A stretch of 49,533 nucleotides of DNA, the filler included, from Bipalium vagum (lineage: Eukaryota), in the NCBI GenBank assembly GCA_037834085.1. It is 3 parts of 3 records of this genome, joined end to end, with 100 filler letters (N's around TTAATTAATTAA, not from the genome) between each part and the next. Parts side by side here need not be neighbours in the genome. Positions count along the whole stretch, not along the records: positions 1 to 16,630 come from JBBMKC010101764.1; 2 more parts are not named here. The stretch is one strand, 5' to 3'. A model generated the notes under the pieces. It was not told the origin of the DNA. It worked only from the letters and a program-made list of their open reading frames with translations, and did not search any database. This document shows positions 1 to 12,700 of this stretch, piece by piece; positions within the stretch are counted from its first letter, which is position 1, and each line of letters opens with the position of its first letter. Position numbers and translations under genes: made by a program.

Positions 1-70
<70 letters not shown>

Positions 71-80
71 TATTATTTAT
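1..80. repeat. (TTA)n microsatellite
   Basis: Directly visible TTA run with a few TCA variants. Confidence 0.95.
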
Positions 81-749
81 TCTTATTATAATGCCACATA
101 AAAATTTTATTTCAAACTAATTCATCAAATCACTTCATCTTATTTATAATTTAATTTTTATTTCATTATAAAGTACGGATTGCGAGGGTTAGGGTAATTG
201 AGCTTATCTAGGCTTTCGACTAATACTATTCTATCTTTATGATTCAGAGGCTGATATGTCTTTTCCAATAATGTAGAAGAACTACAGGATTTTCATAATT
301 GGTAGTCATTTTAATTGAATGCTAAAAATAAATATTAAAACCAATATCTATAAATCTAATCTTTTTTATTAACCGAGCTATGTAAATTTTCGTCGAATAA
401 GTTAATAATTTATTAATCCTTATTATAAGTTATTTATTTTTAATGTTGATACATATAATACTTACATTTTTATGGGAAACCATAATAATAAAAAAAGTCA
501 CAATACATTTTAAAAATATTTTCAAAACGAACACTCCAATGATATTGTGTTCGTTTTTTCATCACGCAACTTTCGGAAAATTTTCAAAATTTAACAGAGT
601 GAAAGCTCTTCCTCTCTTATTATAATTTAAATAATTCTAAGCAAATAAAATTTAATTTGGAAATGCTATCCATCAATTCGTCGTTCTCTCAGAATTCCAG
701 CGTTTATTTGAACACAGTTAAAGATGGTTCAATATTTCTCAATTTCAAG

Positions 750-996
750 ATTTATGAGGATCGAAGAAATTCTAGTCTCATTGTCATCAGCGATGGTTGT
801 AAGTTTTATTTCTTCGAAAATGCTTCAGCACTTCATGATTGATTATATTTTATTAATATGATAATTTACTCAATTGCGGTGATAAATAAAACAAATTTAT
901 TCTCATATCAGGTGATGCCTTTTTCAATGCAAAAGTTTTATAATCCACATCATTCTGTAACCACAAGTGATGGATTTTCTAGAAATGTTTTACCTG
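750..996 (+). CDS. Candidate upstream exons of WDR59 (750-798 and 912-996)
   Basis: Two GC-richer blocks bounded by AG acceptors and GTAAGT donors (799, 997). They join in phase 0 as FMRIEEILVSLSSAMV|VMPFSMQKFYNPHHSVTTSDGFSRNVLP. No diagnostic motif; assigned by position only. Confidence 0.3.
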
Positions 997-2589
997 GTAA
1001 GTAGTCTGATTCTTTCTTTGATTGTAATTGTTTTTCAGTCAATTTATAAATTATTATACTTTTTTATCGAAATATTTCGACTCACACAGTTTTACTGATC
1101 ACGGAGTATTATGAAATTTAAATTCATTTCAATTTTTATTTTATTGGTGAAGATATAATTTTGTTATTCAATTATTTATTTAAAATTCGATATATCCACT
1201 ATAAACTTAAATCAATAATTAATCATTCTAAGAAATCAAAGTGCAGTTATTTGAAAAGTAAAAACATTTCATCAAAGGATTATGTTGTCAGTTTTTTGAA
1301 TATTTCAAAGGATTTGTTTATTTTGATCTTTAAACTAAAAATATCAATAAAACAATAATTTTTGATTTTTATATTAAACAGATAGAAAGTCCAATAATAA
1401 AATACAAATAAGAAATTAAAAATCACTGTGTTTTCTTCACGATCACATACATATTTTTCTTTCGATAAAATTTATTGTAGCTTAATTGGTAAATTCCAAT
1501 ATTATTTTTGGCTAAGGTTCATTAATCAGGTGGCCTAGAAAAGTTTGTTTCAATTTAAATTTTATATAAAATCTTAAGCTGCTAGGGTTGTTAAATAAAG
1601 AGCGGCTTTCGTAAGATAATTAGAATGATAAAAATGTTGATAGAAACAAAATTTGCGATTTTTATTTTTTTGACAATTCGCCAATATAATTTTCTATATC
1701 ACTAAAATACTTTGTTCCTTTTTTAATCAGTTTTCGTTTAATTGAACTTCAAAATGATTCCATATTTTAAATATTAAATTCCGAATCATCTGGTGATACA
1801 AAGTTTTCACTGTGATTGAATTTAAAATGTGACACAGTAGCTACTCGTTAAATGTCATACCCACGGAAACTAATTTTTAAAAAACATGACTATTAACGAA
1901 ATTTTGTGACATTTATCGAATTTGGTAGTAGATTTTTTAAAATTAATTTTTAATCGTTTTTTGAATTTCTAAGAAATATAATAAGTTCAACAACAAGTTT
2001 TTCCTATAAAGTTACTTGAAAACTTTGATTTCTTGTTGATCGAGTGGTTAATCTATTGATTGTTTCAAATTATAATACCCTTTTCAACTATTCTTCATAA
2101 TAATATATCAAGGTTTAATTCTTTTACTTTTGATAGATTGTAAAGTATCTTTTTTCTGTTATCCACAATCTCAATAAACAAATGATCTTGAGATTGTTCA
2201 TTGTTGTCCAGTATGTATTCAGCCTTTAGGTATTTAACTTTTTAAAAGTAATGATTTATCTATCTCTACTACCAATCCGTTTCCACCAATTTTTTTGTCT
2301 TCTAATAAAATAACTTCATTTTGATACCGTAGATATCAAATCATATTTGTATTATCTACTGATATGTTAATGAGTCATTCAAAAATGACTTAAAGGCTTT
2401 ATCAGATTTTAATTTTTTTCAAATATTGTTTCATGAGGCAGTCCTGTTCTTTTTAGACATTTGTCCCTGGTGCATCTACTTTTTTCGAATTTAATGAATT
2501 TTCTTTATTATTATGATTATGATTATTATTAATTAATTATTATAATAATTAATCAATAACTATCAACTTGTTTAACGGTTTAATAAAAG

Positions 2590-5266
2590 CTCCAGGAAGA
2601 TTTCGAAATAATAGCACAGGAGAAGCAGAGCAGCTTTCCAGCCTTAAAAGAAATGATTTTTTACCGGAAATGATTCTGAAGCACAAGGAACACTTGAAGT
2701 AGTATTGATGTTTTAAATTTTGAACATTTTTTTTTGAAAACTAGACTTATTGATCAAACTAAAAAGTGGCTTTATGATCGTATTTTGCAACATTACGCAC
2801 GTATTCTTACTGCACAAAATGTACTAAATGTGGCAGTGAAAATAACCCACAAAATTATGCCATCAGCCACCACAAATTCTGTTTACGGACAATATAATTT
2901 TAAAGTTCTTTTAATTCGAAGTAATTTCCAATTTTCCATTGTAATTGATTTTTACTTAAATGTTGATTTTTATTTTTTAATCTATAAATTTCTGTTAGTA
3001 TCTTTTCTCCTCCAACCAATTCTCCATTCAATTAAAAAGTAGAAAATTTCACAATTACGATCGATCTATTTCTAGAAAAAATATTTGATATCTTTAGTTT
3101 TTAAATTCTAAACCTTTCATAATTTGAAAATCGGGAAATTAAATACGTTAACTACTGTCTTCAGCAAATTTATTTTAATTTTATAATTTATGGAAAACTT
3201 GTTTCATTTTTAATCTTATTCTAAAAAACACTTTTATCATTTTCAGATCATGTTTAGTCATATTTTATAATTTCATCATGGTCACTCATTTGAATTTGAA
3301 TTTTTATGTTTTTGTTGGCACTCTGACTGCAACTTCATATAGACTTATCAGTGTCATTTTTGTTCAAAATCCTTTGCTATTTTATATCATCTCTGTTAAA
3401 GATAATTATGACCTTCAATACTCTCTTTCATTTAAAAAATTGGAAAATTTTTCTGATATGTACATTTTTTCGACAAGTTATTTTTACAATGTTATGCTAA
3501 CACTTTTACTTCAATTTAAAACCAGTTTAATATCTTTGTTCCATAGAGATAATGTCATTAAGGAGATCATAGGGAACGAACACGACACGTTATCAGCTTG
3601 AAATGCTTACTTATGTTAGCCTGAAGGCACGTAAACCTTTCTCGTTGAACATACAATGTATGTGTTCTGTGTAAAATGTTTGGATTTTAAGATTTTTTAT
3701 GAAATGACAACATTACTTTTGAAATGATCCAATATTTCACATTTACATTTTGAAAAATTCAAAGTTTTGTAATTGATTCTCAAAACATTTCCTTTAGTTT
3801 TCTATTTTTAAATTTTTTTTCATTAACCTTGATGAGTTTAAAGCTCAGAAATAATAAAAAATATAATAAAATATAGCCATGATTATTACAAAATAAAAAT
3901 AACAAAAATGATATTTGACCTAAATTTTTATATTTCATTCTTTGAAATTTCAAATTTTTTATAAATATTTTGCGACCACAAACAAATTATATGGGATTTT
4001 TTAACAATATTTATTTTACCAATTGGAAATAACTTATATAAATCACAAACACTTTTCCATGGAAATTGAGGGCTGTAGAAGAAATGAGATGAATACTCTA
4101 AAGACTCACATTTATCAACACAACAACCTGAAAAATTGTTGGAGTTTCACTTCAAAATGCATTTTGTTTATTTACATAATTGTGAACAGGTGAATTTGTT
4201 TCTTTTGCTGAATATAAAAGGACAGGAAGGCAAATATGATGAATTGCAGTCTAATACATTCACTTAATAAATAAAAGATGGTTGATCGCAATAGGAGATC
4301 TAAAACAATGGATTGTATGTAAAATATCTTTTAACGAAAAGATGATTATTATTTTTATATGCTTTTATATATTGAGTCATAAGGAACATATGTATGCAAT
4401 GTTTTCTGAAAAAATTCATCATAGTTTATCATTAAACAAGATTGTATAACATTATTGCATAAGGAATCAAGAAGAGTTTAAATTTAAAGATCCCTTTAAT
4501 TCATTATACTTATAGATCAGAATTTTAGAGGCTAAACCTAATTTAATTTCGCATTTTTTTAATTGTGTTGCAATTTAAAACATAAAACTCAAATTTAAGA
4601 AATGAATCATATCTGAAACTTATATTTACGATGATTTTAAAAGTTTGCGAAATGAAAATGAAAAAATATATTTTAACAAAGATCACATTGTTCAATACAT
4701 TCTCCCTTCAGATTAATGCTCTTCTGTCAACGATGTTCTAAAAGATTAACTAGAGTTAGGTGAATAATTAATTAAATATCTGTATTAAAAAAACAATTGG
4801 AAATCTACTGTATATTTCCTTTTAATTTTTATCCTCAAATATATTTATAACATTAATCAATTAAGTACAAATTGTAATTAGTTATAATATATGTAGGTGG
4901 ATTTCATTTTTATTGAGGGTTTTCTTTATATTTATTATTTAAACATGAGAAAATTTTCGTTTAGATTGTTCCCAAGATCACGCTTGTCGTATGGTTTATT
5001 ATGATAATGTGAGATCGACTGTCATATGTTCCGATTGTCATTCAATCAACGTTCCTATTCAAGATCTTACTGTTAAGTCGCCTCTTGTTTGCTCAATCTG
5101 TCGACTTTATGTTCGTGGGTTAATTACCATTTGCTCCTCTTGCAATCATGGCGGTCATGTTGATCACATGAAATCATGGTTTTCTCGTAAAACATCACAA
5201 GGATATTGTCCGACAGGTTGTGGATGTCTTTGTTCGCCTTCAAAAGATGTTATTTGTGACTTATAA
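2590..5266 (+). CDS. WDR59: GATOR2 complex protein WDR59 (SEA3), C-terminal exons; 5' part of gene not resolved or outside the window
   Basis: Exon 2590-2698, 46-nt intron 2699-2744, exon from 2745 (KLIDQTKKWLYDRILQHYARIL, cf. WDR59 RLLDP...FDDFKKCYGEIL; donor uncertain, 2881 or 2921). Last exon 4965-5266 encodes CSICRLYVRG...CSSCNHGGHVDHMKSWF...CPTGCGCLC. The CPTGCGCxC ending matches WDR59 rather than WDR24 (CPAGCGHLC) or MIOS. Confidence 0.85.
4965..5266 (+). CDS. WDR59: WDR59 terminal exon: C-terminal zinc-finger/RING region
   Basis: tttag acceptor ending 4964; open frame to TAA at 5264-5266; CxxC...CxxCxHGGHxxHxxxWF...CPTGCGC motif. Confidence 0.9.
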
Positions 5267-8200
5267 AAACCGGTTTTTTACTGTGTTCCAGCTCTGCTTA
5301 AAATATATATTTCCAATTTCAGTGTGTTCTTATTATTTTAGATATATTGACTTGTATCACTCCGTTTCATCATTAGTTTTTTATATTTATGATTTTGCTA
5401 ATTTATATCAGGTGATCATTTTATTTTTTTGTAGTCAAGCACTTTAAAATTATAGGAGTGGTTTGGATTTTTTAATTTTAAAATATTTATATAAATACAA
5501 TTGCTTTATTAATATTATAAATTTTAAAAAACTTAAATAAATTCAAAATCTTTAATAAGTACTGTTTGTCCTGCATGAGATTTTTAGATAATAATAGTAA
5601 CAACGTTAACGGCTGATTATTTGAAATTGAATTACCATTTTTGTTGATTATTTACATTTACTCCGCTTAGTAATCTTTTTAAAGTTGAAAAAATAATAAT
5701 TAATATTTTTCATTAATCGATTTTATTTAAAATGAATATCTGAAATCAAATTCATGATAAAGTGAGTTTTTATGCGGCATGGCAGCTTTACAGACGTCCA
5801 AAAGCATAAATAATGTATTCCGTTGCTGTGTTACTACACTAAACAATATTAAGTTTGTTCATAAAATTTCATGTAGATCATTTGAGTTGTATGTAATATA
5901 TATATAACTAGAGAAATATAGGAGATGCGAACCCAATGCCAGCGTCAATCTGTAGCATTGTACTTCTATGAGACCTGGAATAGCCAGAAATGTGTGGGTC
6001 TTTTGCAACCATGTATTTCGCTAAGTATTCGATAGAATCGGATACTATACGAGAACTTCCTCTCAATATCTCATTGGTACTTTGTTTTAAATTCAGGATT
6101 GATAATTTACATCTAATACATCACAGCAATTCCTTTATCTAATAATTATAGAATAAATTAAAGAAGTCATAGTCTCATAAAATTTCTATTTGTTAAATAT
6201 TCGTGAATTTTTATGTTTATAGACTGAAAAATTACTGAGGAGGAATCCATCATAAATTCAGAATACTTTTGTAGAAAAAAGATCTCAGAATATGAAACCA
6301 CGATTTTCAGCATTGAAAGATATTCTCAGTTAAGACTATGGATGGAGATTGCAGCATAAAGATAGAGTAATCACTATATTCAGGTTGATGTTCCAATTTA
6401 ACCAGTAAAAGAAAAATCATTTTTTGACCAACCAAAGGGTACGGGAATTCAAACTACAACCTGACTTAGTTTTTTTCTAGCTGTATTCAAAAATCTTATT
6501 CTTTATATTTTTTTAGTTTTTTTGATTTAAGATTTGTCAAAAAAAATTGTAGACTACTTTTGATAAAAATCAAATCTTTGTTAAAATAAATTAATAAAAT
6601 ATTAAAATTTGTTTTGAATAAAATAAAATTAGTGAAGATTTAAAATTTAAAATTGAAATTCATAGAAATTATTCAAAAAAATACATTGAAAAAACGAAAA
6701 AATTAAATTTTTGTAGATTTCCAAGCATAAAATGTAAATTAAAGAAAAAAGATACATGGTTTAATTTATTTAAGTATCTTGTAAATTTAATAAATGAAAG
6801 TTTTAGTAATTGAAAAATGAAAGCGGAATGAAATTATTTGCTTATTTAGAGTTATCAAAATTATATATTCACTGAGAAAAAACAGTTTTAAATTTAAAAT
6901 AAGCTTTGAAATAAATATATTTTTCCATCTTTATAAGAATTAAATTATTTCACATTATTTTGACTTTGTTTCCTTTCAAAATAATCTTATTATGAGATTT
7001 AAAACTTAATAATTAGGAATAGAAAATAATTTTTAATTTAATTAGTAATCTTTATGATCAACTTTCTGGCGTGATGTTCATCTTAGAGGCAAATATGGAG
7101 CAAGGTGAAGTTTATGAAAATTTTTCTTAGCTAAATCTAATTAGATGTAACCTTAATTAAATAACTTTAATAAACAATAATAGAAAATAATTTCCATTTT
7201 GTTACGACAGAATTTTTAAAATATTATATTTATTAAATCTTAATATTAAATTGATGATCATTGAAACAGAAATATATTATAAGACTGTCTACTTAATTAT
7301 TTATATCTCATTTTAATTTCATATTTTCATACAAAAGGAACTCACTGCTCTTTGAAAAAGTTCAAAGTTTTCAGTCTAAGACAAAATACTTAATTATTTT
7401 TTTAGAAATTATAGTAAAAAAATTCATCGTTTATTGACTGTAGATGAAAATCATTCTTTTCTAACCAGTAAGTTGTAAAATTTAAGATATTATGAACAGA
7501 GTCAACAATGAGATGTTTCACTAAATATATTAGTCTAATATCTTCTTTCTGTAAAATGAATCTATAATAAATTTTGTAATGCTTTGATTTTTCTTAATAA
7601 TTATTAATAAATAAGTTAATTTACTTTTAAATATTTATCTATCCACACTATGAATACTAATTTTATTAATAAGACAAAAAGAATTTATTTTGAAACTGAA
7701 GTGAATTAAAAACTGATAATTATTATTTATTTTAAATTTTAAGTTTAATTTATTTCAAGAGTTAATTTATAATAATTTAATAAAAAATGAAATTAATAAG
7801 ATTGAAGATTAAGAGATTTGACCTCCAGTTTTGTTTTAAAGCTTGTTGCTGTGGTAATTGAGTTTAAAATTATAAGTACGATATGAAGAAAATATTTGTT
7901 AACTTGGAAGTTAATAGAAATTCTGTAACAAATAGATTAATTAACGAAAATGAATCTGAATAGATCATTAATCAATAATTGAAAAATTAATTTAATTTTA
8001 ATTAAACAATAATAATTTATGAAAAATATGTTTAAATTTTCGAGTTCGAAGTTTTTAAGCTTTCAGCGATTAAAGTTACATTTATCTATAATTGTTGATT
8101 TAATTATAGTTTATAGGTTTTAATTCTTTAATATTTTTAGTTCTATATATAATATTTTAAGATGTAAAACAATAATTTCCAATATATTACACAATTTTGG

Positions 8201-8440
8201 ATTAATGTCTCAAGTTTTAATTAACTTATGCTCATCTTGCAGATGTATTATCTAATTTTTATCATATATGAATTAATGTCCTTTTATATTAATCAGTCTA
8301 AAAAATTTCTTTCACAGCCATTAACCTTGTAATATTTAAGACATTATGAGAATATGTTAAAAAAGTATTCAGATGATCGAGAATCAGGTGACAGGCTTTA
8401 AAATGTTACGGTTTTGGTAATACTCTGACTAGTGTTTTAA

Positions 8441-8640
8441 CCCGAGAGCCGATTTAATGGATCACATAAAGAATAGTGGCAAAAATCAATTTTTATTTTG
8501 TTGCAAAATTACCTAAATTGATTTTTAGTAGTATTTTTGTTGTGTTATTTCATTTCACGTCATTTATCTTGAGGTCATATGAATTATACATTTGAGACGT
8601 TAATAATTATGCAATTATTCTAGAATTATTGGTCTCAGGG
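8441..8640. mobile_element. Possible 200-bp piggyBac-type MITE
   Basis: TTAA|CCCGAGAGCCGAT ... ATTGGTCTCAGGG|TAAA: imperfect short inverted ends with CCC/GGG termini and one intact TTAA. Confidence 0.25.
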
Positions 8641-9284
8641 TAAAATAAAGAAGAAGGGTTAATATAAGTTAGGTTTATTGAAAATTCAGCTTGATCCTTA
8701 ATTTAACGTAAAATTCAGAAATAATCACAATCAGAATATAATAAACCTTCCAAAAGAAAATCCAAAACGATTGAACTGGCTTAAAAACAAGACCAACTTT
8801 GTAAAATTTTTCATAATAAAATTTCAATGTTATAAAAGGAATTGTTTCAATATTAAAAAATATTTAAGTTTTCTTTATAATTATGTGGATCAGTGTCGAT
8901 CATACTAGTTAATATCAGGATTCTCACACTAAGAATAAGTTATAATATTAGGAAAGTTAGAACCAATTTCAAACCACTGATATATATAATATTTATAAAG
9001 AAGGTTTTATCTAGTAAAAAATGGATTTTCAGCATCTTTCAAGATTCTTTTGTTAATTTGGATTCATTACGAAAGAAAATATGCATTTTATATAGTTCAA
9101 AGTATTAACTTGAATACCATCTTCTTTAATAACCATTTTTATGATCTCCTTTTCTCAATCATTTCACTGATTGAGAACTGAATTTAAAAGTCATTTAATA
9201 TATTAAAAAGATTATTATAAATAATTTAATTTTTGTTTAAATAGAATTGATGGAAAAATAAAACATTTTCTTTCATTCTTCTAT

Positions 9285-9774
9285 ATGTCAGAAGATTCGC
9301 ATTTAAAATTCAGTAAAAGCGTACATGGTGAAGATACCGATAAAGAAAGTAATAATGGTGATAGTGTAAGATTGAAGAAAACTCTCGGACTAGTAAATGG
9401 AGTTACTATAATCGTTGGAAGTATGATTGGATCAGGTATTTTTATTAGCCCAGCTGGGGTTTTCCTAAAATCTGGAAGTACTGGATCAGCTTTAATAATA
9501 TGGTTCATTTGTGGAATTTATACAATGACTGGAGCCATTTGTTATGCAGAACTTGGTTGTCTAATAAAAAAATCTTCAGGAGATTACGCGTATATCTACA
9601 AAGCTTTTGGACCAATGGTGGCCTTTATGAGAATGTGGATAGATGTTTTTGTTACCAGGCCATGCAATATTGCTATTGTATCATTAACTTTTGCACAATA
9701 TGTCCTAAACCCAATATATCCAAGTTGCGATGAGCCATTTTTAGTTAAGCAACTGTTAGCAGCAACCGCAATCT
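9285..9774 (+). CDS. SLC7 alternative first coding exon 1a (N-terminus to mid-TM4)
   Basis: ATG at 9285; 490 nt open; phase-1 donor GTAAGT at 9775. Confidence 0.92.
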
Positions 9775-12700
9775 GTAAGTTATAATTTATTAAGAAATAA
9801 ACTAAAGCTCTTATAATTATTGAACTTTAATCATTATAACATTATTATTAATTATAATATTATAGTAAAGAATTATTATGATTTATTAAATTGTTAGTGA
9901 AACAATTTTTTAAAATCAATGTTAAACTTTACATAAACATTAATAATATAAGCAAATACGTAATTAATTTTTTTGTAAATAATTGTGATTATGAAATCAA
10001 AAATGGTACATGTTTATTTAATATGTTTTATTTTATTAATTTTACATAATATTAGATGAAATATTTGAAATATATACTTTTTTGAAATACTTTTAAAAAA
10101 AAGTTAACTATTAACTGAATATTTCCAAAATGTTATTTATTAAAAGGAGTCGAACTTTTATTATGACAAATAGCTTTCTAACAAAAATTCGAAGTATTAG
10201 GTGATAATAAGATTTGGTTATTCATTTATTTTTAAAATTATTAAAATTAAATTCAAAATATTTATTTCTTAATATGAAGGAATTTATTATTTTATATTTA
10301 TTAATAAAATTTTTAAAATTGAAAGTTAAAATTAATTAAATAACATGGTTAATTTAGTTAATATTTATCTTAGATTATTAAAAGTTAACTAGGTTAAAAG
10401 TTAACTAACTTACTTTCAATTAACATCTCATTTCATTTTTTCATAATCAAATACATTTAAAAATAAAATATCTATATAAAAATATTTTCCTGATAAAGTT
10501 AAATGGTTTCTTTTCCCAAGGTCATATTTTGTTTATATTGTCTAATTTAATTTAATCAATTGAAATTTTAATTTAAAATAATTATATATTAAACATTTGC
10601 ATTTTGAAAATTTAAAGGTACGAAATATATGACTGAAATAGAAAACGTTGTAAAATTGAAGAAAACAATTGGAATAATGAATGGGGTGTCAATTTTAGTG
10701 GGTAGTATGATTGGAGCAGGAATTTTCATAAGTCCTGCAGGTGTTTATTTTAAAATTGGAAACAGCGGAGTTTCCCTAATTATCTGGCTGTTATGTGGGG
10801 TATATACAATGATCGGTGCATACTGTTATGCAGAAATTGGATGTTTAATAAACAGATCTTCAGGAGATTATGCTTACATCTATTTTGCTTTTGGACCGTT
10901 AATTGGTTTTATTAGATTATGGATCGAGGTAATGGTAATCAAACCATGTACAATTGCCATTATTTCTCTTAATTTTGCTCATCATGTATTGGAGCCATTT
11001 AATTATATGTGTAATGAGCCGAAATTGGTTAAACCGATTTTAGCAGCACTTTGCATTTGTAAGCATTATAATATCTTTCCAGCAAGATATTAAAATTATT
11101 ATACAAAAAACTTAATTTTACATATGAAATTCTCATAATAATTTTGATTTAATAATTAATTATATATTATATTGTTATATATATATTATATTGTTTTAAA
11201 TATATAACAATAATTCTAAAAAAAAATAATACAAATAATAATGAGAATAATAACAATAATAATAATTCTCATTCTCCAGTTAACTTTCGTTAATATTCAG
11301 TTAAAAAAATAAATATTAGGTTGTAACATGAAATATCCCATTTGGTTAAAATATTTTAAACGGTCATGAGACACAAGAAAAAAGTTTTTATTAATCAAAA
11401 TATGATCCGTCAGAATCGAAACACTTTTGCCATCGTATTACCAGATTTCTTATGCCACTTTCATGAAAACTTGTGTTCTTGGAATTCAAGAAGTCGGATA
11501 AGGCATTTTGTTTTATTGGTTGGTGAAAGTTTTATTTGAGAAAAAATGATCTAAATATTTGAACAGATGCTAACCTGTTGGAGCCAAATCTGGAGAAAAA
11601 GCTGGAGTCGGCAAGGTTTCATATTTCAAGTCCTTGAGCTTATTCAACATTACCTTGGAAACATGTGGCCTGACATTGTCGTGGGGCAATTTAACACCAT
11701 GTCTGTTAGACTTTGCAGGATGTTTGATAATTAATATCCGGTGCATTTCTTCCAGTTCTGTACAGTATTTGTCGGCTGTTATGGTCTCACCTGGATCTAG
11801 AAATGAAAAATGTATTACTCAACCATAGACCACCAAACAGTGATCATTATTTTTTTGTGGTACAATTTCCATTCATAAAAATAAAGGGTTCTTAATTCCG
11901 ACGGTGTTATGTTATTCATGTTGACCATTAAATATTTTAAAACATTTTATTATTTAAACAAGTGATATTTTAATATAAAGCAATTTTTAACCTTTAAATC
12001 GATATATCAAACTTTAATTTTCATCAATTATTATTGAAAATATGTTGCTTAGAAAAATTAGTTTTAAATAGGGACATTTCATATGTTACAACCTAATATC
12101 AATGCAATCTGTTAGAGTTCATTTATAATATTTTCTTAAGATATTAAAAAATATTAAGTACTTATGCATTAATTTTATTTTGTTAAGTCATAATCACTGT
12201 AATAAACTGCTGGTCAGTGAAAGCTTCCACTAGAGTGCAATGTTTCTGCACTGGTGGTAAAATTATTGCCTTGTTGATTATCATTATCACTGGGTTTGTA
12301 AAGCTGCTCATGGGTATGATAATTAGTTAAATCATGAAAAAATATGTTTTTCTCACAAAGGTCATGTAACAAACTGGGAATCTCCTTTTGAAAATGCTTC
12401 AACTAATATTGGGGACATAGCTATGGGATTCTATATTGGTCTATTTGCCTATACTGGATGGACTTATTTAAATTGTATGATCGAAGAAATGAAAAACCCA
12501 GTCCGGGGTCTCCCTCTTGCAATTTTTATATCTTGTTCACTTGTTACTATGATCTATGTGTTGACAAATGTTTCTTACTTTACTCTGTTATCAAAAACTG
12601 AAATTTATGAGTCTAACGCACTGGCCGTGGTAAATATTTTTATATATAATTTTTGTTTCTCTTAAAACATTCAGAGCATTGGATATCGGTTTTATGGTTT

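Noticed and set aside
186-196. Telomere-like GGGTTAGGGT
   Set aside because: Fewer than two units; expected by chance.
9285-11093. Two separate short SLC7 genes, as the ORF track implies
   Set aside because: Both ORFs lose homology at a GTAAG donor, and only one set of downstream exons exists.
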